Source of the DNA: Fistulifera solaris
Lineage: Eukaryota
NCBI GenBank assembly: GCA_030295235.1
Contig: AP026130.1
Span: 558,001 to 622,000 of the forward strand
Direction: 5' to 3'
Length of the DNA stretch: 64,000 nt
Part shown: positions 51,268 to 63,692 of the stretch, piece after piece
How the letters are laid out: each line of letters begins with the position of its first letter
Position numbering within the stretch: position 1 is the stretch's first letter
Notes under the pieces: generated by a model
The model's input: the letters and a program-made list of their open reading frames with translations, nothing else
Databases searched by the model: none
What the model was told of the DNA's origin: nothing
Made by a program: the position numbers and the translations under genes

Positions 51268-52080
51268 CTAGTTTATCCTATTGTAGCAAAATGTAGAGGT
51301 GTCTGTATGGATAGCATCGTTTTAGTCTCGTCACAAGAGAGTCAGCGCCGCTTAGCTCAGTGGAACAACAGGGCTGTCAATCACGTTGCAAATTCACGGC
51401 AGTCACGTGAGGTTTCCCGCCCTTTTCGTGCGTCTCCGAAGGTGAACTTGGGGATCCTAGCTTGTCGAAGAATCACTACTGCGCGCGATGCTTCGGTGAT
51501 TTGCTTCCCGCTCATGGGATTGTGTGCATTCAGTCGGTGATACAAACTAGTCCTACCCGCAATGCGAGTCAGTGAAGTAGCTGGAACGGGAATTCCAGGT
51601 GAAACAATTAGACGACCTTCCAACAATTCTCTAGTGAATCCGGTCCAGCTTTATGACGTCAGTTTGACCATCACGGCTCGTTTCTATCCAACGGATTGTA
51701 CTCTCCGTGAGTCGCGGGTGAAACACCTTCCACTGGAACCGTTCGAAAAGTCCTCAAGTCCCAAACCGTCCAAAATGAAACCCAGTGAACGATTTTGGCG
51801 GACCCAAACAGGATTTCGTTGTATGTGTAGCATTTGTTTATGCCCTTATGACTCAATAAGCGTTGGGGTACACAAAAGTGGTGCGCAGTACACTTTCATT
51901 CATAATAAAAAGTTCGCAGACATTCCAGTAATAGTACTCTCCTATGGGGACTCGAGAATGTCAACCGGGGGCGCGCTGGTAAGACTTGAAATAAATTCAA
52001 CGCCCGGGTGAATTTTTGCGGGCGCGGATTAAACGCTTTTCATCACGTTGTCGCATTTCTTTGCCTTGCAACGAAACACC

Positions 52081-55000
52081 ATGGCACCGCGAGAGGCGAC
52101 GGGACACTTCCCGGATCAATATATTGCTTTTGATTATGAAACAGCCTTACCCGTAGGTCTTCCACCGCAACATGATATTGCTCCGCTGGACGGTGACGAA
52201 AATAATGACCTCGACATGCTGCCGCAGTCGTTGAATCACGTAGACTCTGGTACCCCATCTGCGACGGACCCGCATCGTCCGAGTTCAGGGTCTCCCATTG
52301 ATCCTCTTTCCATTGATCCTACTTCTATGGATCAATCAACGCAAACGGCCGATCCCAACATGAATTTGGAATCGTATTTCGCCAACAGCGGACGACCTTT
52401 CTCGTCCCTGTCCGTTGGGTCTTCCATGGCAACGTCTCATCCGTCCTCATCACCCTTGAGTACCGGCTCGAGTATTTTACATACAACAACAGCCCCCAAT
52501 TCTCCCTCTATCTAGTGGTGATGCTGTAAGAAGAAGAACGCAACAACATCAACGGTCGGTCTTGGACTCGCTTGGTTCGAACGAAATGGAGGAAGATGAC
52601 CCGGTTCCTTCGTTAGAACAAACGTTTGATTCGAGTACCAGCTTTTCCGCAGTCGGAAGTAGTTACATTCGACAGGTATCGGTGACAGAACATTCCGAGA
52701 CGGAACCCATTTCGCCCGCTTCATCGGAAGATTCACAAGAATCGATGCGGATGCTTTATCGGAATACGGCATTTGAGGATGGCGAGGCACCGCCATCACC
52801 ATCACGAAATCAATCGCAGGATGAATCCAACATTCCATCGTCACCCAACTCCATTATGCTCACGTTTGGTCCCAACACGACCGTGGCGGATCTCAAATAC
52901 TTTGCCGAACGAGGTTGTATTGTGGCGCTATTGCAAGCGTTGAATACACCTCGGCTCATTACATTGGGAACCCGCATGTTGGCCGATTATGCCAAAATGT
53001 CCCATCGAAGAGTGGCGGTGGCGTCGAATCGACGAATTTTGGAATTCATTCAAAAGACGATGTTGCAGGAATGCGATTTGCCCGATGGGTTGGGACGTGA
53101 ATACGCGGTGGAAACCGTACGAAGTCTGACGGCGACCGAAGAAAGTGATCGGTTTCTTATGAATACGCCGGACTTGCTCAACACCTTGGCTCTCGTGGCA
53201 CGTGGCGGACCCTTTGTCACCGAAAATGGTGTTCCACATTCCTTGGCCTCGGAGAAAGCGCAGCTTCATGCTTGTATCGCCATTATGAATCTGAGTTGTG
53301 GGAAAGCGAACAAGATAGAGATTGCGAAAATCCCGGCGGTTCTGGAAGCGATGCGTGATGTGATGATGAGTCCATCGGAGGAAGCTCGACTCAAAGCCAC
53401 GACTTGCGTGAAGAATCTGAGTAATGCCGACGCCAATGATACCGCTTTGCTGGGGACTCCGGGGTTGCTGGAAGCGCTCGGGCATGTCGCTGTAACAACG
53501 TGTTCTCCGTTTGCCGGAGCTACGCCATGTACAACAAACGCATGTCTAGCTTTAATGAACTTGTCCATTTCCAAGACCAATAAGCATCGAGTCTTTCGTA
53601 CGCCAGGGGTTATGGATGCTCTTATGACAGTGCTAGAGCGTACTACTGCGCAGGGGTCTTCGACGGACGCTCGTATCAAAGCTTGCTCTGCTCTATCGAA
53701 CTTGGCCATTGGTTACGACAACAAGATTCCTATGTTCAACTACCCAGGATTTGTTGAGTCGATTCTAAATGTTATTCAAACTGACACAGGAGAAGCGCGA
53801 ACGAAAGCTTGCTCTATTTTGTGGAGCTTTGCCGCCGAAATGAAGAACCAAGTGCCGGTCGTTCAACGAGGTGACATTCTTCCGGTGCTGGTGAAAGTTG
53901 CCGAAGAAGATGTGACAACAGAGGCCCGTTTCAAATGCGTTGCGGCGTTGACGCTACTTGCTGAATCGCTCGAAAACGCAATTCCTCTGTTGGAGGCGGG
54001 TTCCCTCCCTCCTCTCATGGACATTTTGCACGACGCGGGCCCTGATCCCACCCAGTGGAAAGGTCAAACGGCATCGTGGTGCGTCGGTTTTCTTATGAAC
54101 ATTGCTCAGAGCGACGACGCTGTTCTAGCTTTGCGAGAAGCTGGCGTGGTTGAATTGTTGGCACCCCTTTGACGCTGGATCACTATCAAAGCCTCAAAGC
54201 GGCAATGGCTGTCACATTTTGCTGTCGCTTTGACGAAGGCGACGAGTGTTACGATCTTCTTCGGAAGACAGAGAATGTGATTCCGAAGATCGTGAGTCTG
54301 TTGCACAACACTTTGTCTGGACGCGGAGGCAATGGATACAAATATGGGGTTTTCACACTCAGATCGTCTGTCGGCTGTATCTCCGCTCTTGCTTCAGGTC
54401 CTGAATTTATGAAGGAGCGAATAGCTACCAGCCCAGTATTTGAGAGTCTGCTTCGCGTTGTGACCGACTTTTGCGTGGATGGCGGCTCACCGGGTGCTAT
54501 TGTTGGAGGTGGTCGAGACGACGGCATAAGTGCAACACTTGCCATCCGCGCTCTCCAATCATTAACTGCTCATCTCATTCCTATTGCCGGTAGCAGCTCA
54601 CTCCCTTTCGACCAGTCGATGGAAGATCGACTGATTGTTGCTTTTGAATCATTTGAACAGACGGTGCATCCCGACATTGCACCCAAGACTATACAGCTTG
54701 CTACCGACGCAAAGATTCGTGTCCAAGGCGGACGTAGATCGGCGCGTAGACTCGCACATTGTACATTTATGCAAGATACCGATGATTTCGACATGGCAGA
54801 TGTTGCTTCCATGGCAAGCCATTGCTGTGGTCTCGACACAATCCCTGGTTTTGGAGAGCACTTGCTGCAAGCGTTGGCTTTGCCCTCTTTGAATAAGGAT
54901 CCGATGAAGACGATCGCGCGAACCCCCAGTATCGTTGAAAGCGACTCGTCTGATTCGAAAACGGCCGTTCGTACCTTTCTGTTAACGGACACCAAAACAG

Positions 55001-55224
55001 GTCGTCGATTTGTCGTCCCTACTGATCCCAGTGGAGGCAGGACCTTCAACGACTCGAGGGTATGGTGTTATCGCCGGGGTCGATTTTGCACGTCCGACGA
55101 GCAACCCGATCCTACTTACATCTGGACCGAAGACTTGCAGCATGCTTACGAAGCGGCGCTTGCAGGGGAACAAGATTTGAACAATCTATCAAGTAGTGGC
55201 TCCTATTGTGGTCCAATCGCCTAG
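52081..55224 (+). CDS. Armadillo-repeat protein with Ser/Pro-rich N-terminus
   Basis: Repeated AC-x-A-L-x-NL-S/A-x3-NK...PG units and the ARM hallmark AGVVELL. Frameshifts at about 52508 and 54168 join three ORFs. Confidence 0.85.
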
Positions 55225-55383
55225 ATGATTTGACTTTTGCAATTATTAATCGCTTATAAAAAGCTTATTAGGCAATGCATACTGAGTTACTTTAGCTTTC
55301 ACGTACTATACGCTTTGTAAAAGTAATTTGAATTGGTTTTTGAGAATATTTGCTCTATTCTAGAATAATGCATTTAACTGGCA

Positions 55384-57141
55384 TCAAGACGTTGTGGTCG
55401 AAGAGGCGCGCTTTTTCCGTTTCGACTTCTTGGCAACCTTCGAGTTCAGTCTCTCCATTAGAACTTTGGTGACCGATTTTGGAACCCCGCATTTAAGAGC
55501 CTCGGTAAGGACACTGTTTCCATTCCAAGCTACATCTATAGTTTTCGGTGCCGCTTTTAAAAGAGCCTTTACTACACCAGCGTTGGCGTCGGGGCCCATG
55601 TTCAAGGCGTGATGAAGCGCTATCATACCATTTCTGCTAGTCGTCAAACTCTCCGGATACGCGCGGCACAACACCTTTACAACATCAACTGATACATCGG
55701 AATTTTGCACAGCAACGACAAGCGGGGTTCTTCCTTCGTTATCAACAATGGAGCATGCTCCTGTCTTTGAAGAAAGAAACTGTATGAAATCAACCATTTC
55801 AGAGACCTGCTCGCTTCTGCACGCAAGATGTAATGCGCAGGAACCATCATCGGTCTTCAAACTGTCAGACTCGTTCACAAGAGATGACTCCAGCAGGATC
55901 TTCGTTAACACAGACGGCACCCCGAAAAGAGCGCATACATGGAGCGGTGTCAAACCTTCCTTATTTTGAGTCAACATGGGACTCGACACACTTTTATCTC
56001 CATGTTCTAGCTCTTCTTTTCACCCAAAAGGAACTCGGTCACATCTATCAAGTTTTGATCATCATTCGCATTCTGCCGCTGCGTGGAACTAACTAGCTGT
56101 AAATGAAGCGGTGTATCTCCATTCTTATCCTGCTGTGAAATGCTGTCGGGGTATGCTTTGATAAGCTCTTCGATAAAAGACGCAGCTATTAATGGAGCTC
56201 CAGCAATATAGTGCAGAGGTATCATACCTCGATTGTCAGCGTCCATCGCACACGCAGGAGCTAGTCGAAGAAGCTGACTGAGTACTCCCCGATGGACCTG
56301 ATTCGCGATGGCGATGTGCAACAAATTGAGACCCTTCATGTTCTTGCATGACGACAAGGCTTCGGTTCCTACTTTCGTAAAAACATTCTCGGATAGTTCT
56401 TCAATAGCACTTACGTCCTTGCACTCCACCGTTTGCGTCATTGAAAAAGCGTCGCTAGCGATCAAAAGATGCAAGCAAGTGTCACCGTAGGAGTTGGGCT
56501 TACTCAGAATGCCAATATCCCGCATCAACGTATCCTTCACAATTGAAAAGTCCACACAGTCGCCACTCAGGTTCGCACACAGAAGATGAAAAGGTGTATT
56601 GCCATCTTTGTCCTCCAGCGAGAGACAAGTTGTTCGGTCGACTTCGGGTAATATACTGACCATTATGTGAAAAAAGCCCAGGAGGTGCTTTCCAGGCTGC
56701 GATATGCAAGATCGATTCACCCTCACTATCGTCTCTTTTCGTCAAAACGCGGGAAATATCTTGCAAACTTCCGTACTTTTGTAAACGGCTAAGTTGGCGT
56801 TTCACTTCGAGCCACTGACTCTCGTTCAAAAGCGGTAACAAGTCGATTGCAGATGCGCGATACTTGACTTTCTTGTTTTCGCCCAGTGATGACGTTGAAC
56901 TGCCTCCGTACGGATCAGAGCTCAACGAAGACTCCTGCAATGAAATTTGTTCCATCGATTGCTGAAACGAGTTCACATCCGCGTCGCTGCTGACTCGAAA
57001 CGCGACATCGAAATCACAATCCGGAAACATGTCGCTCGCCGTGCTGCTGACTTCGGGAGGTTCCTCAGCGATCGAGACTTTCGGCGATTTCTTCGGTGCG
57101 CGCTTAAATCTTTTCCGAAATACTCTGAATATGAATGACAT
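55384..57141 (-). CDS. Ankyrin-repeat protein
   Basis: Motifs: GESILHIAA, DGNTPFHLLC, GDTCLHLL, GMIPLHY, NGDTPLHL, EGLTPLHVC, EGRTPL, GMIALHHAL. Frameshifts at about 56672 and 56018. Confidence 0.88.
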
Positions 57142-59546
57142 TGAAATAAAGCTTTATTGCGTTTTATAGAGTCCTCAAAGCGATTGAATCATCTTACTGA
57201 GTTGTTACGAGCCGAACGCGATCGAGAAATCGTGGCGACGACTTCGGTGCAATAACTTCCTATTATTGCAAAAAAATTATTTTATCTTGAATTTTCTTCC
57301 ACCCGCAACCCCCTCTCTTCTTACCGGTACTCCAACGGATGCTGAGAATAAGAAAACGCTATCCACGAAACAACAAGCACAAAGCACAAAAGGATGTAAA
57401 AACGAGGTGCAGAAAATTGGCAGCGCGCGTTGAATGAAATTAATTGTTAAATGCTTTCGATTTCAACGCAAACAAAGCCACGGTAGCTGCTATTCTTGTT
57501 AACATCCTAATCAATAACATACCGTAATTTATTTTAGTCTTCGTTGCGGCCTGGTCGTGCTGAATGAGAAGATAAAATGGATCCGCTTATTTCTGTCATC
57601 AGTTGATCCAAACTACGGTTCACACAACGATGATGGTCAACTGATGAAAGAATGAGTTATAGTTATGGTCGATCAGCGAAAGAGCTAACAATTGAGCACG
57701 GTTCCTTATGCATTTGAAAATGCACGCTCTCAATTTCCATACCAGGTTCGTAACATTCATACTTGATCGACGAGAAAGTATCAGGAAACAATCATAGTCG
57801 GATTCGTTGAGGTTGGGATTGGAAAGGGCGCGTTATCTTGGGACCTGCCTCCACGAAATCGAAGACGCTCGAAAGTTCCTGACGTACAAGACACACACAC
57901 ACAAGAACTTCCTACATCGCTTTCACAAAACCGAATGTAAATAACAGTGTGCAAGCATCTCTGCCCAGCAGTTCAGTTTTTGTTTTGTGGTTTGTTGCTC
58001 TGCCCTTTCGACCGAACGGAAAAGACAAGGAAGCCTAGAGACAACAGCAAAATGATCTGTATTGACGGCGGGAGACAGCAAGCTGTTCATTCATCGCCCT
58101 TTTGTTAATCTTGGCCATAGGTTCAACGACTTTTGCCAAGCTCATCATCTTGGTTCCTCGTCTAGCTAGTCTTACTTCTTGATGGCTCCGACACTTTGTC
58201 ACAGTCCTAGTCGCGTCATGTCCCGCACGTTCGGGTCACAGTTCAACGCATGAGCAGTTTTAGATTTTAGAGGCGTGATGAAAGCTAAAATAATGACGAT
58301 CGATGATGCCATCATGTTCCGCCTTGCGTCATGGCATTTCCTACCTGTCCCGTGCGGTTTTTCTTCGTGTCCTTCGTATGATGACTAATGACTGCCGATG
58401 ACACAGGAAGACGTCACAGTTGTCATCTTACAAGATGTAAGATTCGTAAGTACACGGTTCGTCGTACGGTTGAGGGTTGCGTTAAAGGTATTTTGAAGTT
58501 TGAACGTGTCTTGTTCGAAGTGTGATTGTATTAATGTCATCTTCGATTGAAGATACGGAGTACGGAGTCGTTTTCCGGTTTTTCGTCGTTTCTCTCCAGG
58601 CTCCGGGTCTTGAACTTCGACACGCGAGGTAGGAATGAGGAATGCGTCATCGGTCATTGAATTGTTGTTCATGATTTTTGTTGTCGTTGTCATTGAGTCA
58701 ACGATCAGCGAGAAGAATGGAACACTATGACTGGCCAACCCAGACGGTGACACCGAACACCGTACTGCGCATCTCGAACTCGAATCATATCGAATCTCGA
58801 ATCTCGACTCGCGACCATGCGCGACGCTGCGACGCTCGACGTCCACCTTGCACAGAGCATAGAGCTGCATAGAACAGGTACCGTAGCAGCGGTAGCTAAA
58901 GCCTTAAGCTAGGGAGGTTCTTAAACCAAACCGCAGGTTTCGGGAATAGAATTATTCAGGTTGCTCGAGTTTAAAGTCCCAGTTTAAAAATTCCAGCTGC
59001 CACGTTTGTGGTGTACTCTATGATGTAGTCTACCTTAGGTTCTGCCTTCTGCCATTTGCGTTCTTGGTTCTGGGCTCTGGGCCTTGCGTCATTCGGGTAA
59101 GGCACTTACTGTATTAACATTATGAAAACGGACTCAAGGCAACTGACCGAACTACAATAGAAGGCAAAGTACTATTTATGGGCAAACAAGAAACAAGCAT
59201 CATCATGATGTCATAGCTATGCCCCATGTCCATGTCCACGGATGACGTCGTATGTCGTATCTCGTACCGTTTTCTGGGATCTGTGGAACTCTGAACTCTT
59301 CAGTAGCACTCAGTACTTCGTACTTTGATTTGCTCTTCGTAAGCGGTAATTAGGACATCGTGGTTGCAGTTCCATCACGACTACGGTGTCCCACGTAGAA
59401 GGGGGCCACAGAGCAGGACAAAATAATAAACCTTCTTCCCGTCGCTCCCACGGCAGTTTGGATCTCTGTGTTTGGCCAAAAGCAGGATGCCAACATCGGC
59501 TTTCTTGCTTTGCTAAGTCCAACCGTCATAAAATACAGACATCAAA

Positions 59547-60593
59547 ATGATTTATCACACACTGCAAGAAAACGATATCTTGTTTGGCAGAGGCAATGGC
59601 GTCGCTTTCTTCCCTGGTAACATCAAATTTCGCTCCATCGCCTGGACGTTTCGCGATGAATACTCGCAGGTAATCAAAGCGGAAAGGAAAGCTTTGGCGC
59701 ACAAGGTCATGAAGGTTCTCACTAATCTCGAGCCGCCGTGTCGGTTCTTGGAACCAACGGAGGTCGGTTATCGCGAAGTGTCCAAATCGCGAGTTCTCGA
59801 GAAGATTTGCCAGACTCTACGTGAGAAGAAGTTTCAACAACCGAAACCGGAAGACTCGAAGCGAGTGGTGAAAAGTTTTCATTATCTTACAAGTCTCAAG
59901 AAGGGCAAGAATTCATGCTGCGAGATGGTGCCCGTGAAGGCCAAAGCAGGCAACGAGTACGAAAAGGTAACGTCGACGAAGAAGAAGGTGGTCACTATCG
60001 AGCGCGGAGGAAAAGCCAAGCATTTGCTATCTTCACCGGGCGTCTCGCGCACTTCCAAGCCGAAGTTGGTGAGTCCCGACACCAAGATCGCAAGGTATTC
60101 TAGCAAGGGCGACAAGAACAACGATCTGGCTTGCCCCATCTTCACCGAGGAAGATGAAACGGATCGCAGCTCTTCCGACTGGCACCTTCAGCCGAGAGTT
60201 CTCTTTCCCGAAGAGGACCACGAGGACGATGTTGATGATCAGCTTGATGTGTTCGGTCGCACCACGAGCTTTCTTCCCAAGCTGGAACCCGCTCACTCTG
60301 AGACGAACGGAGGTGCTTTGACTCAGACATTGGAGGATGAGTTGTTCGAGCCTCTCTTTGCGGACGAGTTTTATCCCCACTTCGATCCGCTGGGAGACGA
60401 GCACAACGAACCGATGTCATTCGAGGTTCCTCCGTCTCTCGTCTCCTTCTTTTCGGGGTTTTCGAAGAAGGCACCGACTTTCTCGACGAGTCCTACCACC
60501 GTTCTTGATGCACACGGCGGATGTCACTTGATTTCGGATCACGAGGACGACGAAAGAGTCATGGGGTGGGTTGAAGGCGGCACCTTCTTCTAA
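59547..60593 (+). CDS. DUF6824-domain protein (diatom-expanded family)
   Basis: ENDILFGRG-x6-PGNIKFR...Y...RFLE...EKICQTLRE at the N-terminus, followed by a basic then acidic low-complexity tail. Confidence 0.85.
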   Translation: MIYHTLQENDILFGRGNGVAFFPGNIKFRSIAWTFRDEYSQVIKAERKALAHKVMKVLTNLEPPCRFLEPTEVGYREVSKSRVLEKICQTLREKKFQQPKPEDSKRVVKSFHYLTSLKKGKNSCCEMVPVKAKAGNEYEKVTSTKKKVVTIERGGKAKHLLSSPGVSRTSKPKLVSPDTKIARYSSKGDKNNDLACPIFTEEDETDRSSSDWHLQPRVLFPEEDHEDDVDDQLDVFGRTTSFLPKLEPAHSETNGGALTQTLEDELFEPLFADEFYPHFDPLGDEHNEPMSFEVPPSLVSFFSGFSKKAPTFSTSPTTVLDAHGGCHLISDHEDDERVMGWVEGGTFF

Positions 60594-61201
60594 AATTTGA
60601 CGGTCTTCAACAGAAGATACATCAGATGAGAAAGTTTTGAAGGATCTTCAATTTTGCATACAATTTAGTTTCGCTATAATTAATCAAAAATAGAAAAACA
60701 TACATAAACTCTATCGCATTCAACCAATGCTTCCGTCGCTTTTGGCTGCAATCTTTTCCGCTGCGAGAAAAGTAGTTGCACCGCACGCTATCCGTGATTA
60801 AATAATCCGGACCATGCACGCTGCACGCGCAAAGAATTCGTGACTGCTGCTCTTGGTACTCTGTGTAGTTCTGTGTAGTTCTTGGATATCAACGGAAAAT
60901 GAAGTTTTTCATAGTTTCCGTTGGTCCAATTACTTAGAGATGATCCTTTAAGCGATGCATTAATTTTCGTTCACTTATTGTTCGACGGTTAAAAACATTG
61001 TCGACTATAACTCAGTTTGTACCGCACTCCATACGGCGCTCGCTCTTCGCTTTTTTGCGCTCGTCCCAGCGACGGCTTCTGTTCTGGGTTGCTGAATTTT
61101 GTTTCGGCCATGCAAAAAGGATTTCATTGAGATTACTTTTACATCCAAAAATTGAAATAACTGCCTTTTGTCGTCGCAATTCAGACATCAATATTATTAT
61201 C

Positions 61202-61661
61202 ATGTGTAACGATTTAGGAGAAGGTTCACGGTGCTGCGCATTCTACTCATTTACTGGCTTTCTGTTCACTGTAAGTTCCTCGCTGGTCCGAAGATAAGCA
61301 TTAGGCAGGAATTGATGCGCGCTGGGGGCAAGGATTTGCGAAAAAACAGCTTTAGGATGCAAAGCACATGCCGAATGTGTTCCATTTCGTTTTTCTAACC
61401 CCTTCCTGTTTTCAAAAATCCTAGTTATGGGTCGGAGTCATGGTACACAGTCAACCGTTTTTCATTGCCGGAATTGAAGATGCCGAGGAAGCCCGAGCGA
61501 ACGCGTTTGGTGCCATGGGAATGTTTTTGGTAACCTTTTTCGCTTCCATTGCGGGTATTTGGTATGATTCGAAAAACAAAGAGTCGGTAGCGGCGGCTGG
61601 AGAATCTGGATATTATTTGAGTCACGGCGATATACCAACAACCTACGGAACATCGGCATAA
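61202..61661 (+). CDS. Small two-TM protein, RNASEK / V-ATPase V0 subunit f-like
   Basis: Spliced product (intron 61271-61424) MCNDLGEGSRCCAFYSFTGFLFTLWVGVM...ANAFGAMGMFLVTFFASIAGIW has the CC-x3-S-x2-G TM1 and N-x-F-x-A-x3 TM2 pattern of RNASEK. Confidence 0.6.
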
Positions 61662-62338
61662 AACAAACTATCTTGTATGAATGTGACTTAGCGATTCGTC
61701 GAAAATCTCGGTATTCCATGTTACCCTTTATCGAGAACTCGTGGCTGTACGAAATACAATTTGAAATAAGATAAATATGGCTTAAGAAAGCAAAAGCCGT
61801 TTGTCATCACGTTATGTTATACCTGCTATGCCTTGATATAATGAAGCTCTCGAGTTGTACGATAGCTAAGATTACATTGCAATCTAGCGAATGGTGGACG
61901 AAGAGCTTGAGCAAATGTGACGTTTGGACTCCTCGGTTGCACAACTTTACTCATTGCCGTGATGGATCGTTTCGTGTAGCACTAAAGCTCTAGAACTCTA
62001 GTACTCCGTAAAGTGCTTATTGTGACAACAAGGAACAAAAACATCACTTTCCAGCTAGAGAGGACTTTACAAGAGTGATTACTAGAGCCCAAAAGACCCA
62101 CAATGCTTAACTCGTGACTCGTTGTCCTTGACTGGTCGTGTGTATGTGTGTACGTCGTTGGAAATCACTATCTGTACGTCAACCGATCAACGATTCGCGT
62201 CGAACCGGCAAGAAAAGATCGTCCGCGTCGTTGTGCTGTTGCATTGCAATGAAGCAACAATTGTTTCGTCCCTTCGTTTGCAACGTATTTCGTCGCTGTT
62301 TAATATTTTCTTAACAATCTATTTAAAATCTCTTTATT

Positions 62339-63147
62339 ATGAGCCGCGATTCGTAAGTTACTGACTGAAACTGCTGCCTCTCCCTCTTCCTTGACTTTTT
62401 GTCCTCAACGTTTTAAATTACAGCAATTATGATCACCACATTGCCATCTTTTCTCCACAAGGTCGCTTGTACCAAATGGAATACTGCTACAAAGCCGCTC
62501 AATCCGGTTTAACGGTCGTCGCAGTCCGCGGCAGTGATTCGACCGCGGTCGTCACACAAAAGAAAGTCCCCGATCGACTCATGGAACCGGAATCCGTCAC
62601 CCATTTGTTTCAAATAACGGACAAAATAGGATGTTGCGTGACCGGCACCAGTGCTGATGGAAAATCGTACGTCCAACGAGCGCGGTACGAAGCGGGAAAA
62701 TGGGCATTTGATCACGGTTATTCGTGTCCGGTCTCCGTTTTGGCCAAGCGCATGGCGGATTTGGCACAGCTGGATACGCAATATGCGGGAATGCGTCCAT
62801 TGGCGGTCATTGCCGTCTTCATTGGTGTCGATGATGAAACGGGTCCGACCATATATAAGGTCGATTGTGCTGGACATTATTTGCCGTACTTTGCCACCGC
62901 GGCGGGTCCGAAGGAGCAAGAAGCGATGAATTTCCTAGAAAAACGCGTCGACGATATGAAAACAATGGATAGTGACAATGTCGTTCGAACAGCAATCACT
63001 TGTTTGGGGCATGTTTTGGGAAGTGACTTTCGCGGGAGTGAGATTGAAGTAGCTCAGGTTGTCACGAAAAAGGGAAAGGTTCATATGCTGAATGAGGATG
63101 AAATTGAGGCTCATTTGAATGCGATCGCCGATGACGCAGATGCCTAA
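62339..63147 (+). CDS. PSMA6: 20S proteasome subunit alpha type-6 (alpha1/Scl1)
   Basis: Motifs: MSRDSNYDHHIAIFSPQGRLYQMEY, TQKKVPDRL, ARYEA, TQYAGMRPL, YKVDCAGHY, KEQEAMNFLEK. 14-nt first coding exon, intron 62353-62423. Confidence 0.95.
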
Positions 63148-63692
63148 TCTACCGATAATAACTTTATTTTACTGTCTCTAGCTTCAGCATTGTGTCAAGT
63201 GAATTCGTCGGAAACAAAAATGACTTTTATTAACGAACATCGTATCCTCTAAGATCAACCTGCAAAACGGATATACAACTCCATGCACAAGCTCAACACG
63301 ATATGGAAAGGAAAAACGATGCTTCCAGTTGCGAGCCACATTCACCAACCAAATCAAAGATCTTCTTTTCGCAAAAAACCCAACAACACAAAAACAACAA
63401 AACATTATTCTTTATCAGGAACACTCGAACACCAATTCAACAATCACAAACTTACCAGAATCGGCGCCCAATCCTCACCATATTTATCTTTCGGCCGACG
63501 GACCAAACCACACTCTCTACTCTGAATCAGATGGCAGCCCCCTTGTTTGTTCACTGCTCCGGCGGTGACCTGACACCTGTGCGGGATCTAGGAAACCCTA
63601 GAGTAATGGATTATGATTCTGTCATAGGATAAGTACGATAAACTCTCAATTTTTATTTTATTTACTCAAAGCTAAAGTTCATTCATCAAGAA

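Noticed and set aside
51300..52050. ORF 51562-52011 and neighbours as a gene or transposon remnant
   Set aside because: No domain motifs, terminal repeats or protein-like composition were seen. Treated as upstream DNA of the ARM gene.
1037..56672. Programmed ribosomal frameshifting, RNA editing or mass pseudogenisation as the explanation of the split ORFs
   Set aside because: The shifts go in both directions, sit in ordinary homopolymers with no shared slippery-site or stop context, and hit essential genes that have intact catalytic motifs and no nonsense decay. Sequencing error is far more parsimonious.
43055..63147. Two proteasome alpha genes as a recent duplication
   Set aside because: They are distinct ancient paralogs (alpha3 and alpha1), so co-location is probably incidental.
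63448..63460. ACTTACC resembling the U1 snRNA 5' end
   Set aside because: It is followed by AG rather than TG, with no U1 stem-loops or Sm site. It is simply the complement of a GTAAGT donor-like sequence.
63585..63605. AAACCCTA as a telomerase RNA template or telomeric repeat
   Set aside because: It is a single 8-mer inside a hairpin, with no tandem repeats and no 1.5-repeat template.
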